Assembly (NCBI GenBank): GCA_041937175.2
Contig: CP166615.1
Coordinates: forward strand, 4,288,001-4,352,000
Origin: Limnothrix sp. BL-A-16
GTDB lineage: Bacteria; Cyanobacteriota; Cyanobacteriia; CACIAM-69d
Direction of reading: 5' to 3'
DNA: 64,000 bases
Positions 1 through 10,965 of this stretch are shown one piece after another (within the stretch, counting starts at the first letter, position 1; every line of letters starts with the position of its first letter). The translations under genes and the position numbers were made by a program. The notes beneath the pieces are model-generated. The model worked only from the letters and a program-made list of their open reading frames with translations, had not been told where the DNA came from and did not search any database.

Positions 1-36
1 AATTCTGGAAAAAAACCTGAAAAACCTGCGCCAAAC

Positions 37-237
37 CTAGTAAGCGAGGGTTTCCAAGGTCTCACGCAGATAGCGACGCACCAGCAAATCCGTGACCGTG
101 GGTTGATTGGGCGTGCTGGGTTGTTGTTCTAGCCAGCGTTCAAAACCGGAGCTAGAGGCGATCGCTTGCACCAAGCTTTCCCAAACGGCGGCGCGATCGG
201 GTAAGGAAGCAGTCGAAGACGCGAGTGAAGGGGCCAT
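37..237 (-). CDS. Conserved small cyanobacterial hypothetical protein (66 aa)
   Basis: ATG start preceded by AGGAGG; W..L..AIASSSGFERW and C-terminal RRYLRETLETLAY resemble a widespread cyanobacterial small protein. Confidence 0.75.
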   Translation of the reverse strand: MAPSLASSTASLPDRAAVWESLVQAIASSSGFERWLEQQPSTPNQPTVTDLLVRRYLRETLETLAY

Positions 238-781
238 GAAAACCTCCTAACGAGTGAAGCAATGCAGCAAATCCACTGCCATTGAGCAATTTTGAGAGAG
301 CTAAACCCACCCGAAGGGCGGCGCTAAGGCTCAATTTGAGAGGGCAATTGCAATCACGCCAGGTTGAAGGTGGGCGATCGCGATATCAGAGACTAGCGAA
401 GTTGATATCTTCCCCTGCCTGAGGTCATTGTGACCGCGCTTGGTCACAAAATCTGTCAACCATGAACCTTGCCACCGACCAATGATTGACCAGGGATTGA
501 CCAGTGATCCGCCAGGTCATTGCCCCCTGACTCTCTTACTTGTAACGCAAGATTGCAAGGGAGACAGTGCTGGCCATCACTCCCCATCCTCCAATCAGGT
601 CGCTGACGATGGCCCAAGGAGCCGGCCATCGGTTGTTTCAGCCCATTTCCCAGCATTTTTGAACTGATTGATTGAAAAAGTGGATGATTGCCCCTGCCGA
701 TTGGCAGTTGTGGTTTTCAATCCGCCAATGGAGCCTTGCGGAAGAGACGGTTTGGCGCGGAAAATTTGCGACGATTTATCC

Positions 782-1588
782 CTACCCCACGCTGAGGCGC
801 TGGAGCATGACCGATCGCGCCCGATCGGCCAGAGAATCGTCCAGGCGGTTCAATGCATAGGATTCTCCCGTGCGCCGGGCGATCGCCGTTTGGATCATCC
901 AATCAGCCAAAAAGGGATTTTTCGGCAACAGGGGCCCGTGGGAATAGGTGGCGATCGCATTGCAGTGAAACGCGCCTTCGGTTTGGTCTTCGCCGTTATT
1001 ACCCAGGCCACGCACCACCCGGGCCAGCGGCTCCACCGATCCCAGCTTGGTGCGGCCCCCGTGGTTTTCAAAACCGATCAGGTAAGGCACATCCCCCAAC
1101 ATCAGCCGCAACTCCCGCGCCAGTCGTTCGGCGGTCACCTCTAACACCAGATTGCCGATGCAGCGGGGCGCGTCGGGGCCCGGATGCACGGTCACCAAAT
1201 CCAATACGCCTAACCCTTGGATGCGCTGACCTAAACCGGGTTCGTAGTAATGGCCCAGCAACTGCGGTGCGCCACAGGTAAACACGCCGGGCACGCCGGC
1301 CTCGATCGCCCCTTTCAGGGCTGCGGCCTTGGCCCCTTGCAAATCTCGCATCACAATTTCTTGCTGGCGATCCTGTGCGCCGCCGCCCACAATCAAGTCC
1401 ACTTGGGCGAACTGGCTGGGGTCTGTGTCCCGATCGAGCGGTTGAACTCGCACCGGAATGCCGCGCCATTCACAGCGCCGCTGCAAACAGGTCACATTCC
1501 CCCGATCGCCATAGGTGCTCATTAGCTTGGGATAGAGCCAGCCAATCACCAGGGGTTCAGAGAGGGTGGGCAAGGCGGAAAGACTCAC
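782..1588 (-). CDS. gatD: CobB/CobQ-like type 1 glutamine amidotransferase (GatD, lipid II amidation partner of MurT)
   Basis: LYPKLMSTYGDRGN, GGGAQD, catalytic TCGAPQLLG, GFENHGG and YSHGPLLPKNP motifs; start moved to in-frame GTG at 1588 because the ORF-track extension overlaps the next gene. Confidence 0.88.
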   Translation of the reverse strand: MSLSALPTLSEPLVIGWLYPKLMSTYGDRGNVTCLQRRCEWRGIPVRVQPLDRDTDPSQFAQVDLIVGGGAQDRQQEIVMRDLQGAKAAALKGAIEAGVPGVFTCGAPQLLGHYYEPGLGQRIQGLGVLDLVTVHPGPDAPRCIGNLVLEVTAERLARELRLMLGDVPYLIGFENHGGRTKLGSVEPLARVVRGLGNNGEDQTEGAFHCNAIATYSHGPLLPKNPFLADWMIQTAIARRTGESYALNRLDDSLADRARSVMLQRLSVG

Positions 1589-1631
1589 GGGCAGAAAACC
1601 TGGGCAAGGTTGCGGAAGAATCGGAGCCAGT

Positions 1632-3275
1632 CTATCGCGATTGGCGAGAGGCTGGGTTCGATCGATCCGGTTCAACGCCCGATCGCACCCAACATTCCAG
1701 CGTCGATCGCACCCGATCAAGGGGTTCCGTCCAACTGCCGGGCTGCGACTGCCGAAACAGGCGCATGGTGGGATACCAGGGCGTATCGGGGCGATCACGT
1801 AACCAACGCCAATCGGCCGCATAGGGCAGCAGCGTCCAAACCGGCTTCCCCATGGCCCCGGCCAGGTGGCAAATGGCCGTATCAACCGTGACGAGCAAAT
1901 CGATTTGCGCCAAAAAGGCGGCGGTGTCAGCAAAATCCTTGATTTGGGGAGCGAGGTCAACAATGCCCTGGGCAGCCAGGCGATCGGCTTCGGCCTCGGA
2001 GCGATCGACCTGGAAGCTGTAGAGCTGGACACCGGGCCATTGCAGGGCGATCGCCAACGGATCCAGGGCCATACACTTGCGGGCCGCATCTTTCATGTGC
2101 GGGCCGCTTTGCCAGACAATCCCCACCGCCAAGGCTTGGGAGGTTTGGCACGGGAGCGGGCGCTGATTCACCATTGGGGCGATCGGCCGCAGGTAAGGAA
2201 TTGGGGCGGGAATTTGCTCAACGGTGGTTCTCGCCAACCGAGGCAAGCTCAACAAAGACACATGGGCACGGTAAGGAATGTGGCAATCATCGCCCGCAAA
2301 GACCTGATCAACCCCCGCCACCGTTTCCATGAGCCGCACCAGCGACTGGGGACACCAGAGCACCACCCGATCGCACCGTTGCCGGGCCCAAGCCAGATAG
2401 CGGCTAAATTGCAGCGTATCCCCCAAGCCCTGCTCCGTCAGCACCAGCAACGTGCCCCTCATGGGCTGCCCATTCCATTCGGGGCCCGCCGCTTGCACCC
2501 AAGGATTTTGATCCGAATACCGCCGCCATTCGTAGGCCCGCCAACCCTCATCCCATCGCCCCAGGGAGAGTAAGCAAAGGGCATGGTTGAGGCGCAGGTG
2601 CGGATCTTCCGGCAGATGAATCAAGGCCTGCTCCGTGATGGCCAAGGCTTCCTCAAAACGGTTGTAGCGGGCGAGAAGTTGCCCCAGTTGGGCGGCAGCA
2701 TTACCCAATTCGGGATCACAGGCGAGGGCTTGCCGAAAGCATTGTTCTGCCTGCACAGGATCAGTGTCATCCCAGGCCAGTCCTTGCCAAAAGGCGATCG
2801 CGGCCTGTTGTTTGGGAGCCAGTTGCTGAATGGTTTTCGGGAGTGGGTGTTGGCGTAACCAGGCGAGCCAAGGTTCTAGGCCTGCTTGCTCTGTCCAAAC
2901 TTCTCCAAGGGTGGGATAGGTTTCAGGGAGTTCAGGATCCTGGGCGAGGGCTGTTTTTAACGATCGCAGGGCCGTTTCCCGATCGCCCCGATCGATTGCC
3001 AGCAATCCGGCGTAGTAATGGGCGATTCCCAATTGTGGATCCAGGCGCAAAGCCAAGGCCAGGGCCCGTTCTGCCGATTGGGTGGCTTGGGTGGCTCGAT
3101 AGGTGGCGCAAAGGTTCACATACAGACCCGCCCAATGGGGATCCTGCTGAATGCCTTGCTGGTAGTGATGACGGGCGATTGACCATTGCTCAGCTCCTTG
3201 GGCCGCCAAGCCGGCCTGAAGCTGGGCGATCGCCTCGGGAGAATAGGCCAAAAGATGGCTGTGCGAGGATTGCAT
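1632..3275 (-). CDS. TPR-repeat protein with C-terminal glycosyltransferase family 9-like domain
   Basis: N-terminal TPR helices; EQGLGDTLQFSRY and VDTAICHLAGAMGKPVWTLLPYAADWRW...TPWYPTMRLFRQ; ATG at 3275 (alternative TTG at 3332). Confidence 0.85.
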   Translation of the reverse strand: MQSSHSHLLAYSPEAIAQLQAGLAAQGAEQWSIARHHYQQGIQQDPHWAGLYVNLCATYRATQATQSAERALALALRLDPQLGIAHYYAGLLAIDRGDRETALRSLKTALAQDPELPETYPTLGEVWTEQAGLEPWLAWLRQHPLPKTIQQLAPKQQAAIAFWQGLAWDDTDPVQAEQCFRQALACDPELGNAAAQLGQLLARYNRFEEALAITEQALIHLPEDPHLRLNHALCLLSLGRWDEGWRAYEWRRYSDQNPWVQAAGPEWNGQPMRGTLLVLTEQGLGDTLQFSRYLAWARQRCDRVVLWCPQSLVRLMETVAGVDQVFAGDDCHIPYRAHVSLLSLPRLARTTVEQIPAPIPYLRPIAPMVNQRPLPCQTSQALAVGIVWQSGPHMKDAARKCMALDPLAIALQWPGVQLYSFQVDRSEAEADRLAAQGIVDLAPQIKDFADTAAFLAQIDLLVTVDTAICHLAGAMGKPVWTLLPYAADWRWLRDRPDTPWYPTMRLFRQSQPGSWTEPLDRVRSTLECWVRSGVEPDRSNPASRQSR

Positions 3276-3335
3276 GGTTGCCAAGATTGAAAGCTTCCCA
3301 GATTCGGCGGCTCCCAGATTCAGAGTCTCCAAGCT

Positions 3336-4994
3336 TTAGAACTGACCGGACATCAGGGCCGATCGCACCTGCTGTAAGGGTTCCGACCAGTCACCAGGCT
3401 CGGTCTGCCGAAAGAGCCGCATGGTGGGATACCAGGGGGTATCGGGGCGATCGAGCAGCCAGCGCCAATCGGCCGCAAAACAGAGCAACGTCCAAACCGG
3501 CTTGCCCATTGCTCCGGCCAGATGACAGATGGCCGTGTCCACCGTGATCAGCAGGTCGAGTTGGGCCAAATAGGCCGCCGTGTCGGCAAAGTCTTTGATC
3601 TGCGGAGCCAGGTCAATGATTCCAAATTGAGCCAGGTGGGCCACATCCGCATCGGAGCGATCGACCTGCAAGCTGTAGAGTTGCACACCGGGCAAATTGA
3701 GGGCCGCCGCTAACTCCGGGAGACTGCTGGACTTTTGGCGATGGATGGCTTCTAGGCGATCGCCCGATCGAAACCCGCTGGCCCAAACAATCCCGACCCG
3801 GCGTTGATCCGGTTTCGGCAGTGGGAGCGGCGCGATCCCCTCGGTGGTGGCTGGAAACAGGTAAGGAATGGGAGCCGGGACGCGATCGACCGTGGTTTGG
3901 GTCAAGCGGGGCAGACTGGACAGGGGTAAATGGGTATTGAAGTGGAGGGTTTCGCAAACGCCATCGGTGACATATCCCGCTCCTGGAGCCGATCGCATCA
4001 CCCGTACCAGCGCTTTCGGGCAAAGCAGAATCACCGTTTGGCAGCGATCGGCAACCCACTGGAGGTAGCGGGCCCATTGCAGCGAGTCCCCAAAACCTTG
4101 GTCAGCCCAAATCAAAATCGTGCGATCGGGAATGGGGGTTCCGTCCCACTCCTGACCGGGCAAGTCCTGTTTGGTCATTTGTCCCGATCGCCACTGCCAC
4201 TCATTTTCCACAAACCCCTCCGCCCAGCGCCCCAGGGTGAGCCAACAGAGGGCCCGGTTGTGGCGCAACGTGCCATGATCCGGCCAGCGAGCACAGGCCG
4301 GCTCCAAAACCGCCAGGGCCTCCGTCAGGCGGCGCTGTTCCGCCAGGATCAGGCTGAGTTGAATGTGGGGCGGTTGGTAGGTCACCTCGTCGGCGATCGC
4401 CCGTCGTAACCAAGTTTCCGCCGTTGCCAAATCCCCATCGAAATAATGTTTGAGGCCTTGCCAATAGCCGATCGCCGCGCGATCGAAGGAGGGTAAATTG
4501 CGCCAAGTATCAGGTAGGGGGCGCGATCGCACCCAATCCATCAACTCGGGAAACTGATCCCGATTGTTTAACCGATGGGCAGCGGCTACGTAGAGGGCTG
4601 CGGACTCAGGAATGTGATCCAAAAGATGGTGGCAGGCTTGAATGGCCTGGGTTTGATCGGCCCAATCCAACAAGGCTAACCAATTGCGCACTCCGATGGC
4701 GCTGTGCGGATCCAGTCGCAGCGCTTGGGCACAGGCCTGGCGGGCGGCGGCCATCTTGCCCAATCCCTTCAGGGCTGCCGCTAGGTTGATATAAACGCCG
4801 GGAATTGCTGGATCCAACCGCAGGGCCGCCCGATAGCCGGTCAGGGCGATCGACCAGTCCGCTGCTGCCAGGGCTTGGTTTGCTTGTTGGGCCAGGGCGA
4901 TCGCCTGATCTTGGAAGCTGCCTGTCACCGCCGTGGTCTCCTGATCTTCGACGCTCTTTGATGCAATCTGTGGCGAAGCAAAATTATTTAGCAA
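3336..4994 (-). CDS. TPR-repeat protein with C-terminal glycosyltransferase family 9-like domain (paralog)
   Basis: TPR repeats; DQGFGDSLQWARY and a C-terminal GT9-like block nearly identical to the adjacent gene; start uncertain (TTG). Confidence 0.85.
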   Translation of the reverse strand: MLNNFASPQIASKSVEDQETTAVTGSFQDQAIALAQQANQALAAADWSIALTGYRAALRLDPAIPGVYINLAAALKGLGKMAAARQACAQALRLDPHSAIGVRNWLALLDWADQTQAIQACHHLLDHIPESAALYVAAAHRLNNRDQFPELMDWVRSRPLPDTWRNLPSFDRAAIGYWQGLKHYFDGDLATAETWLRRAIADEVTYQPPHIQLSLILAEQRRLTEALAVLEPACARWPDHGTLRHNRALCWLTLGRWAEGFVENEWQWRSGQMTKQDLPGQEWDGTPIPDRTILIWADQGFGDSLQWARYLQWVADRCQTVILLCPKALVRVMRSAPGAGYVTDGVCETLHFNTHLPLSSLPRLTQTTVDRVPAPIPYLFPATTEGIAPLPLPKPDQRRVGIVWASGFRSGDRLEAIHRQKSSSLPELAAALNLPGVQLYSLQVDRSDADVAHLAQFGIIDLAPQIKDFADTAAYLAQLDLLITVDTAICHLAGAMGKPVWTLLCFAADWRWLLDRPDTPWYPTMRLFRQTEPGDWSEPLQQVRSALMSGQF

Positions 4995-5076
4995 AACTAT
5001 TTAAGGAATTAGGGTCTGTCGTCATTTCCTGGAGTCAAGCGAAAACAGTTGATTTTCCTTGCCCCAATCGTTTTAA

Positions 5077-5096
5077 CAAGGGGCTGAAGCCCCTTG
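5077..5096. repeat. REP-like palindrome CAAGGGGCTGAAGCCCCTTG (class 3)
   Basis: Near-perfect 20-bp palindrome; same motif at 14640 and inside the MITE at about 52919. Confidence 0.7.
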
Positions 5097-5192
5097 CCCC
5101 TCACGATCTCGCCACGGTGGAATCAGGGTTTTGGGTGAAATGACGACAGGCCCCTAAGCCCCTAAAGTGTTTAAAGCGCAGGACGTAAAGAC

Positions 5193-6554
5193 TTAGAGAA
5201 TGCCGCGACCCGTGAGAATTTCCCGAACTTCCAGCATGGCGGAATAGGTGGGCAGGACGTAGAGGGTTTCGCCGTCGGGCAGTCGATCGAGGGCGTTTTG
5301 GATGGCGGCCTTGAGGGTGGTTTCCACCGAAAGGGTGGCGGGCCCGGCGGGGCGATCGGAGTCGCTGTAGGCCAACCGCAGGGCCATGTCATAGGCCCGA
5401 TCGCCACTAACCACCAGCGTGGCCCCCGTGGCCACCAGCCCTTCCGTGTCTGCATCCCAAATCCAAGACACATCGGTTCCATCCGGCGTGCGATCGTTCA
5501 ACACCAGTAACACCGTGGGTGGAAAGGGGCGATCGCGCGTCAGCTCCACCACCGTTCGTAGGGTTTCATTGGTGCCCACCGGGTTTTTAGAGAGCAAAAT
5601 TTGCACTGATTTTCCCTGCACTGTCAGGGATTCCGCCCGGCCAAAAGCCGCTTGAAAATTGCGAATGGCCGCCTGAATGGGTGCTTCTCCAATACCCAGG
5701 GCTTGGGCGGTGGTGGCGGCGGCCATCGCGTTGTATTGGTTATAGATGCCCACCAATAGTTGGGGCCAGTCGCGGCTATTCAGCAACGGGCGCGATCGAG
5801 CAAAACCGCAACTGGGACAGTGATAATCGCCCAAATGGGATAGATAAACGCCTTCGTAGGTCAAAGAGTGACCACAGTTGGGGCAATAGATGGAATCAAC
5901 GGCGTGGGGAATTTCCGATAAGAATCGCTCCGGTTCACTGAGGCCAAAGTAGCGAACGCGGGCCAGATCTTCCCACTGGGCTTCCAACTGTTGCCCAAAG
6001 TGGCAAAGGGTGGGGTCATCGGCGCTCAACACGGCGATCGTGTGGGAGAGCGGGGCGATCGCCCGTTCCCAGCGGCGAGCAATCGTGTCCACCTCGCCGT
6101 AGCGATCGAGCTGGTCACGAAACAAATTCATGGCCAACAAGATTCGCGGCCGAATTTGCGGTAGCACCTTGGGCAGGACATTTTCATCCACTTCCAAGAT
6201 CGCAAAGTCCCGATCGAGCCGACCCAGCCAATTAGCATCCGCCAGCAAAGCCGCCGTCAGTCCATTTTCCAGGTTGGCCCCTGTGGCGTTGTGGGTCACC
6301 CGATAGCCCTGGTTTTCTAAAATGCTGCGCAGCAGCAGGGCCGTGGTGGTTTTGCCGTTCGTTCCGGCCACCAAAATCGCGCCCTGTTTCACCTGAGCTG
6401 CTAACAGAGCCAAGGCATTGGGCTGAATCTTGCGGGCAATGCTTCCGGGCAAAACACTCCCGGCCCCGCGCCGCAGCAACCGCACGGCCAGGGCGATCGC
6501 CCGAGCGGCCATCACTGCCGCTGCTAGTCGCAAATTGTCGATTGCGCCCGCCAT
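5193..6554 (-). CDS. murT: Mur ligase family protein with DUF1727 (MurT)
   Basis: GAGSVLPG, P-loop GTNGKTTT, GANLENG, EVDE, NLFRDQLDRYGE, CPNC/CPSC zinc ribbon, KNPVG, DGTDVSWIWD and LPTYSAML motifs. Confidence 0.9.
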   Translation of the reverse strand: MAGAIDNLRLAAAVMAARAIALAVRLLRRGAGSVLPGSIARKIQPNALALLAAQVKQGAILVAGTNGKTTTALLLRSILENQGYRVTHNATGANLENGLTAALLADANWLGRLDRDFAILEVDENVLPKVLPQIRPRILLAMNLFRDQLDRYGEVDTIARRWERAIAPLSHTIAVLSADDPTLCHFGQQLEAQWEDLARVRYFGLSEPERFLSEIPHAVDSIYCPNCGHSLTYEGVYLSHLGDYHCPSCGFARSRPLLNSRDWPQLLVGIYNQYNAMAAATTAQALGIGEAPIQAAIRNFQAAFGRAESLTVQGKSVQILLSKNPVGTNETLRTVVELTRDRPFPPTVLLVLNDRTPDGTDVSWIWDADTEGLVATGATLVVSGDRAYDMALRLAYSDSDRPAGPATLSVETTLKAAIQNALDRLPDGETLYVLPTYSAMLEVREILTGRGIL

Positions 6555-6629
6555 GAACCCCTGTCCGCAAAACCCCCGCTATCCTACCACCCGGCGGCTG
6601 GGCCCCTGCGCGGGAAACTGCGCACCTGA

Positions 6630-6652
6630 GAGGATGCCTGAACAGCCCAATT
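6630..6652 (+). mobile_element. Solo degenerate end of the GAGGATG-TIR MITE
   Basis: gaggatgcctgaacagcccaatt versus gaggatgcctgaaaagccaaaatt at 8354. Confidence 0.45.
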
Positions 6653-6685
6653 AAAGCCAAATGTATTGATACGCCGCTTGCCCCA

Positions 6686-7630
6686 CTAATTCGATTCAGA
6701 AGCTTCCGAGTCCCGAGACTCAGCTTCCCCAGTCCAAATTTGTTCGGCAGGCGGCGTTAACCACCAGGCCAAGCCACCTAAGCCGGTTTCCGCCAGCACA
6801 CTCACCAATCGATAGCTAGCCACGCTGGCCAACAGGGCCGCCGGATTGACGATCGACCCCAACAGGGCGATCGCCGCCGCCTCAAAAACCCCAACCCCGC
6901 CGGGCGCACCGGGCACGACCAACCCCAGCAACCAGGCCAAGCCAAACCCACTGGCCAACCGAGGCAAATCCAGAGGATTAATGGCACTAAAGGCCGCCAG
7001 AGCTGCCAAAAAACCTGCGCCCCGCCACAGCAAAAAGCCCGTTTCCCCCAACAACGGCCCGATCGGGTATTGGCTCAGTTGGGCCGGTTGGTGGTGGGGG
7101 TTGCTGTCGGTGGTTTGCAGTTTGCGGCGACCCAACCGTTGCAGCAGGGGATTCAAAATGCGGGGATGCACCGCTGCCAGCACCCCGATCGCCAGGGCCA
7201 ACTGCACTCCCCACCAAGCCCGATCGCTCGCCAAGACCCCCAACAACAGAGCCGCCACCGCCATCAGCAACGGCTCCAGCAACACACTGGCCGCCGCCAC
7301 AGGCCAAGCCACGCCTACCCGGCCCGCCGCTCGAATTCGGCCGTAAAAATGCCACACATTCCCCGGCAAATACTTGGCCACATTGGTCACCAGATAGGTG
7401 CGCAACACCCAGCCGAGTGGGGCCGATCGCCCAAAGGCTCGCAACAGCCAGCCCCACACCACCGCTGACCACAGATGCGCCGCCGCCGTCAGCCCCAACG
7501 ACAGGGCCAGCCAGCCCCACCCTTGGGCCGTTAACCGCAAGGTGGCAACTTCCGCCGCCCGATCGAGCAGCGTTTTCAGCAAAAAAGCAAGGACTAGCCC
7601 CAAGACCAGCCAGCGGCCAAATTTCTTCAA
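6686..7630 (-). CDS. Lysylphosphatidylglycerol synthase TM-domain / UPF0104 membrane protein
   Basis: Multi-TM; NVAKYLPGNVWHFYGR and VPGAPGGVGVFE motifs. Confidence 0.8.
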   Translation of the reverse strand: MKKFGRWLVLGLVLAFLLKTLLDRAAEVATLRLTAQGWGWLALSLGLTAAAHLWSAVVWGWLLRAFGRSAPLGWVLRTYLVTNVAKYLPGNVWHFYGRIRAAGRVGVAWPVAAASVLLEPLLMAVAALLLGVLASDRAWWGVQLALAIGVLAAVHPRILNPLLQRLGRRKLQTTDSNPHHQPAQLSQYPIGPLLGETGFLLWRGAGFLAALAAFSAINPLDLPRLASGFGLAWLLGLVVPGAPGGVGVFEAAAIALLGSIVNPAALLASVASYRLVSVLAETGLGGLAWWLTPPAEQIWTGEAESRDSEASESN

Positions 7631-7792
7631 AGGGGTTCAACCACAACTGAGATCGTCATCAACAAGATAGCCACCAAATAGTCAACCATCAGACAAGCAT
7701 TGGAGATAACAATCTGATCTCAATCCTTAAAGCATTCGATCGCGATATTCAACGAGACAATCCCTGAGGCATGGTGGGCTAGTCCATGGGGA

Positions 7793-8239
7793 TTACGCGC
7801 TGCGGGCCAGGAGTGCCGCCAACAACGGAAGACCCATCCAACCCACCAGCTCAATCCGAATTAGCCAAGAGAGCCACTGAAATTGCGTTTGACCCAGTTG
7901 GGGAACCTTGCCCTCCCGCAAGCTGCCAATCCAAGACACAAAGGAAATGGTTGGGTAAATGGACAAGGCCCCGACCAAGAGAAATAGGCCAACTTTGGTA
8001 TAGAAAATGGGGTTGCCAAGGTAATAGTCAGCACCTTTGCCAAAATAAATGACCCGCAACGCTCCGGTGAATAAAACCAAAGAGGCGGAGATGCCATAGA
8101 TCACATCAGCAATCAAAATTCGCCAAGCTTCCGCGATCGAGAGTTCTTTTTTGAGAGTCAACAGTTCCACCGCCACGGCCCCAAAGGCCAACATAAAGCT
8201 GAGGTAATGGAAATAGGCAGTAATTGCGCTGGGCCACAT
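7793..8239 (-). CDS. DUF2214 family membrane protein
   Basis: AYFHYLSFML, D.IYG.SA, TG.LR..YFGKG.DYY..NP.F..K motifs. Confidence 0.8.
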   Translation of the reverse strand: MWPSAITAYFHYLSFMLAFGAVAVELLTLKKELSIAEAWRILIADVIYGISASLVLFTGALRVIYFGKGADYYLGNPIFYTKVGLFLLVGALSIYPTISFVSWIGSLREGKVPQLGQTQFQWLSWLIRIELVGWMGLPLLAALLARSA

Positions 8240-8275
8240 GGTGATGGGGGTGAGTTTTCAAAGGGCAGGAACAGG

Positions 8276-8351
8276 ACAATTCCAGCAAAATAATCAAGCG
8301 CGATCGCCTCAATCAAAACAATTCCAGCAAAGCAATCAAGCGCGATCACCT
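8276..8351. repeat. Direct tandem duplication, 42-bp period
   Basis: acaattccagcaaa..aatcaagcgcgatc at 8276 and 8318; the second copy ends at the MITE insertion site. Confidence 0.75.
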
Positions 8352-8353
8352 AA

Positions 8354-8479
8354 GAGGATGCCTGAAAAGCCAAAATTGCTACTCTGTACGCCCCAGGGAT
8401 CGACTTAGACAAGATGCTCAAGCCCCTTCCACGACTATTGGTGCTTGCCCGTGCCAAAGAATACTTTTCAGACATCCTC
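8354..8479 (+). mobile_element. MITE (~126 bp) with GAGGATGYYTGAAAAG terminal inverted repeats and TAA target duplication
   Basis: taa-GAGGATGCCTGAAAAG ... CTTTTCAGACATCCTC-taa; homologous inverted copy at 52864-52994. Confidence 0.8.
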
Positions 8480-8659
8480 TAAGGCCAATGGCGATCCAGA
8501 TTAATCAGCAGCAATCAAGGCCGATCAAGACTAATTCGTGACTAGCTGATCAAGATTAATGCGTGACTAGATAGCGATCGAATTGGTTCTTTGCTGGGCA
8601 AGAGGTTGAACCATCGCAGCAGAATTCTAGTTGAACCGGTGCTCAACATTGAAAGGGCA

Positions 8660-9214
8660 CTATACCCACCAGGGTTTTGTGCCAGTGCGAGGGTCAGCTT
8701 CCGTCCAAGGGGTGAGAGCGATGTGGTCACCCAGAATCGTCACTTGCACCACTTTGAGAGGTAAGGGAGCTGGCCCGCGCAGCACGCTGCCATCGGCCGC
8801 ATACCGAGAGCCGTGGCAGGGACATTGGAACTCTGCATCATTGGGATTCCAGGGAAAGGTACAGCCCAGGTGCGTGCAGGAGTTGACTAGTCCGATCGGG
8901 TCGAGCTGTTGGGCTTCGTTCACCACCAAATAAGTTGGCTCCCCGGCCAACCCAGCCACCAGGGCCCGGCTCCCCGGTGGTTCTGCCAAGATTTGTGCCG
9001 CTGGAATCAGGTTACCCAGGCTGTCTTTGGCCAAAACGCCACCGTTGTCGCCCAAGCTTTCGCGAGGAGGCATCAGGAATTGGCTGGCGGGGTAGAGCAT
9101 GGAACTGGCTGTGGTAGCCACAGCAGCCCCAGTGAGGAAGTTCAGAAAACGTCGTCGGGAGGGAGAGGGCGGATCAAGCGGTAGATCAAAATTAAGCGGC
9201 AGACTGTGATCCAT
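8660..9214 (-). CDS. petC: Cytochrome b6f Rieske iron-sulfur protein, stand-alone paralog
   Basis: Tat motif SRRRFL, GEPTYL, CTHLGC and CPCHGS boxes, [22 protein letters not shown] at 9214. Confidence 0.9.
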   Translation of the reverse strand: MDHSLPLNFDLPLDPPSPSRRRFLNFLTGAAVATTASSMLYPASQFLMPPRESLGDNGGVLAKDSLGNLIPAAQILAEPPGSRALVAGLAGEPTYLVVNEAQQLDPIGLVNSCTHLGCTFPWNPNDAEFQCPCHGSRYAADGSVLRGPAPLPLKVVQVTILGDHIALTPWTEADPRTGTKPWWV

Positions 9215-9557
9215 GATGACGAGTCCGGTTGGATATACATCTCTTAATATAGCCAAATAACTATTTAGTTGTTAATCGAATTGCCAAAGCAGAATCCAAA
9301 TTGTTGGGTTGGGTTCCCAAAAATTGCGGTTGGTGGGCTGTTGCTGGACGAATCTCTGAGGGTGGATTGCCGATTGCTTGTCCAATCGAGTAAGCCGGTG
9401 AATGCAGGTGTCGAATGGGGTGGGGCTGTTCCAAAATGGGGTTTTCTGGGTGTTCCGCAGCGGTTGCGGGGCCGGAAAAACCGGAAACCGAGGCCGATCG
9501 CGCCTTGGCAACCCTCATTCGCGGCCGGTTTCGACCCCAACTTTCCCCACGTTTTAA

Positions 9558-10529
<972 letters not shown>

Positions 10530-10662
10530 GGGACGATCGGGGGGCAATTGCTGAACTGGCTGAGGGGTGCGGGTTTCGCGATCGAGCGGTGGGGTCGTCA
10601 CCCTCGACGCTGCCCGATCGCCCCTGTCAAGATGAGAGGCAATCACGCGGCAGGATAGCGCC

Positions 10663-10965
10663 ATGAACATCTCCCCCAGCGCCCTTTACGGTTGGTATCG
10701 CGACACGATTCGGAATCCGAAATATCGCCTCTGGATTGTGGCGGGCACGCTGGTGTATCTCCTCAGCCCGATCGATATTGCGCCGGACTTTCTGCCGATC
10801 GCGGGCCAATTGGATGATTTGGCGATCGTGACCTTGCTGATTGCAGAGTTGTCGCAAATCGCGATCGAGTGGTTTAAAAATCGCCCCACGGTGAAGTCCG
10901 CTCCGGCGGCCACGGTGGCTGACTCCACGGTGGATGTGAACGCCGTCAAGATGGACGGTCAATAA
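10663..10965 (+). CDS. YkvA/DUF1232 family protein
   Basis: YLLSPIDIAPDFLPIAGQLDD signature. Confidence 0.85.
   Translation: MNISPSALYGWYRDTIRNPKYRLWIVAGTLVYLLSPIDIAPDFLPIAGQLDDLAIVTLLIAELSQIAIEWFKNRPTVKSAPAATVADSTVDVNAVKMDGQ

Noticed and set aside
1589..2089. 167-codon N-terminal extension of the gatD ORF overlapping the TPR-GT gene
   Set aside because: It is an alternative frame of a GC-rich gene; GatD similarity begins only near 1588, and I saw no slippery-site evidence
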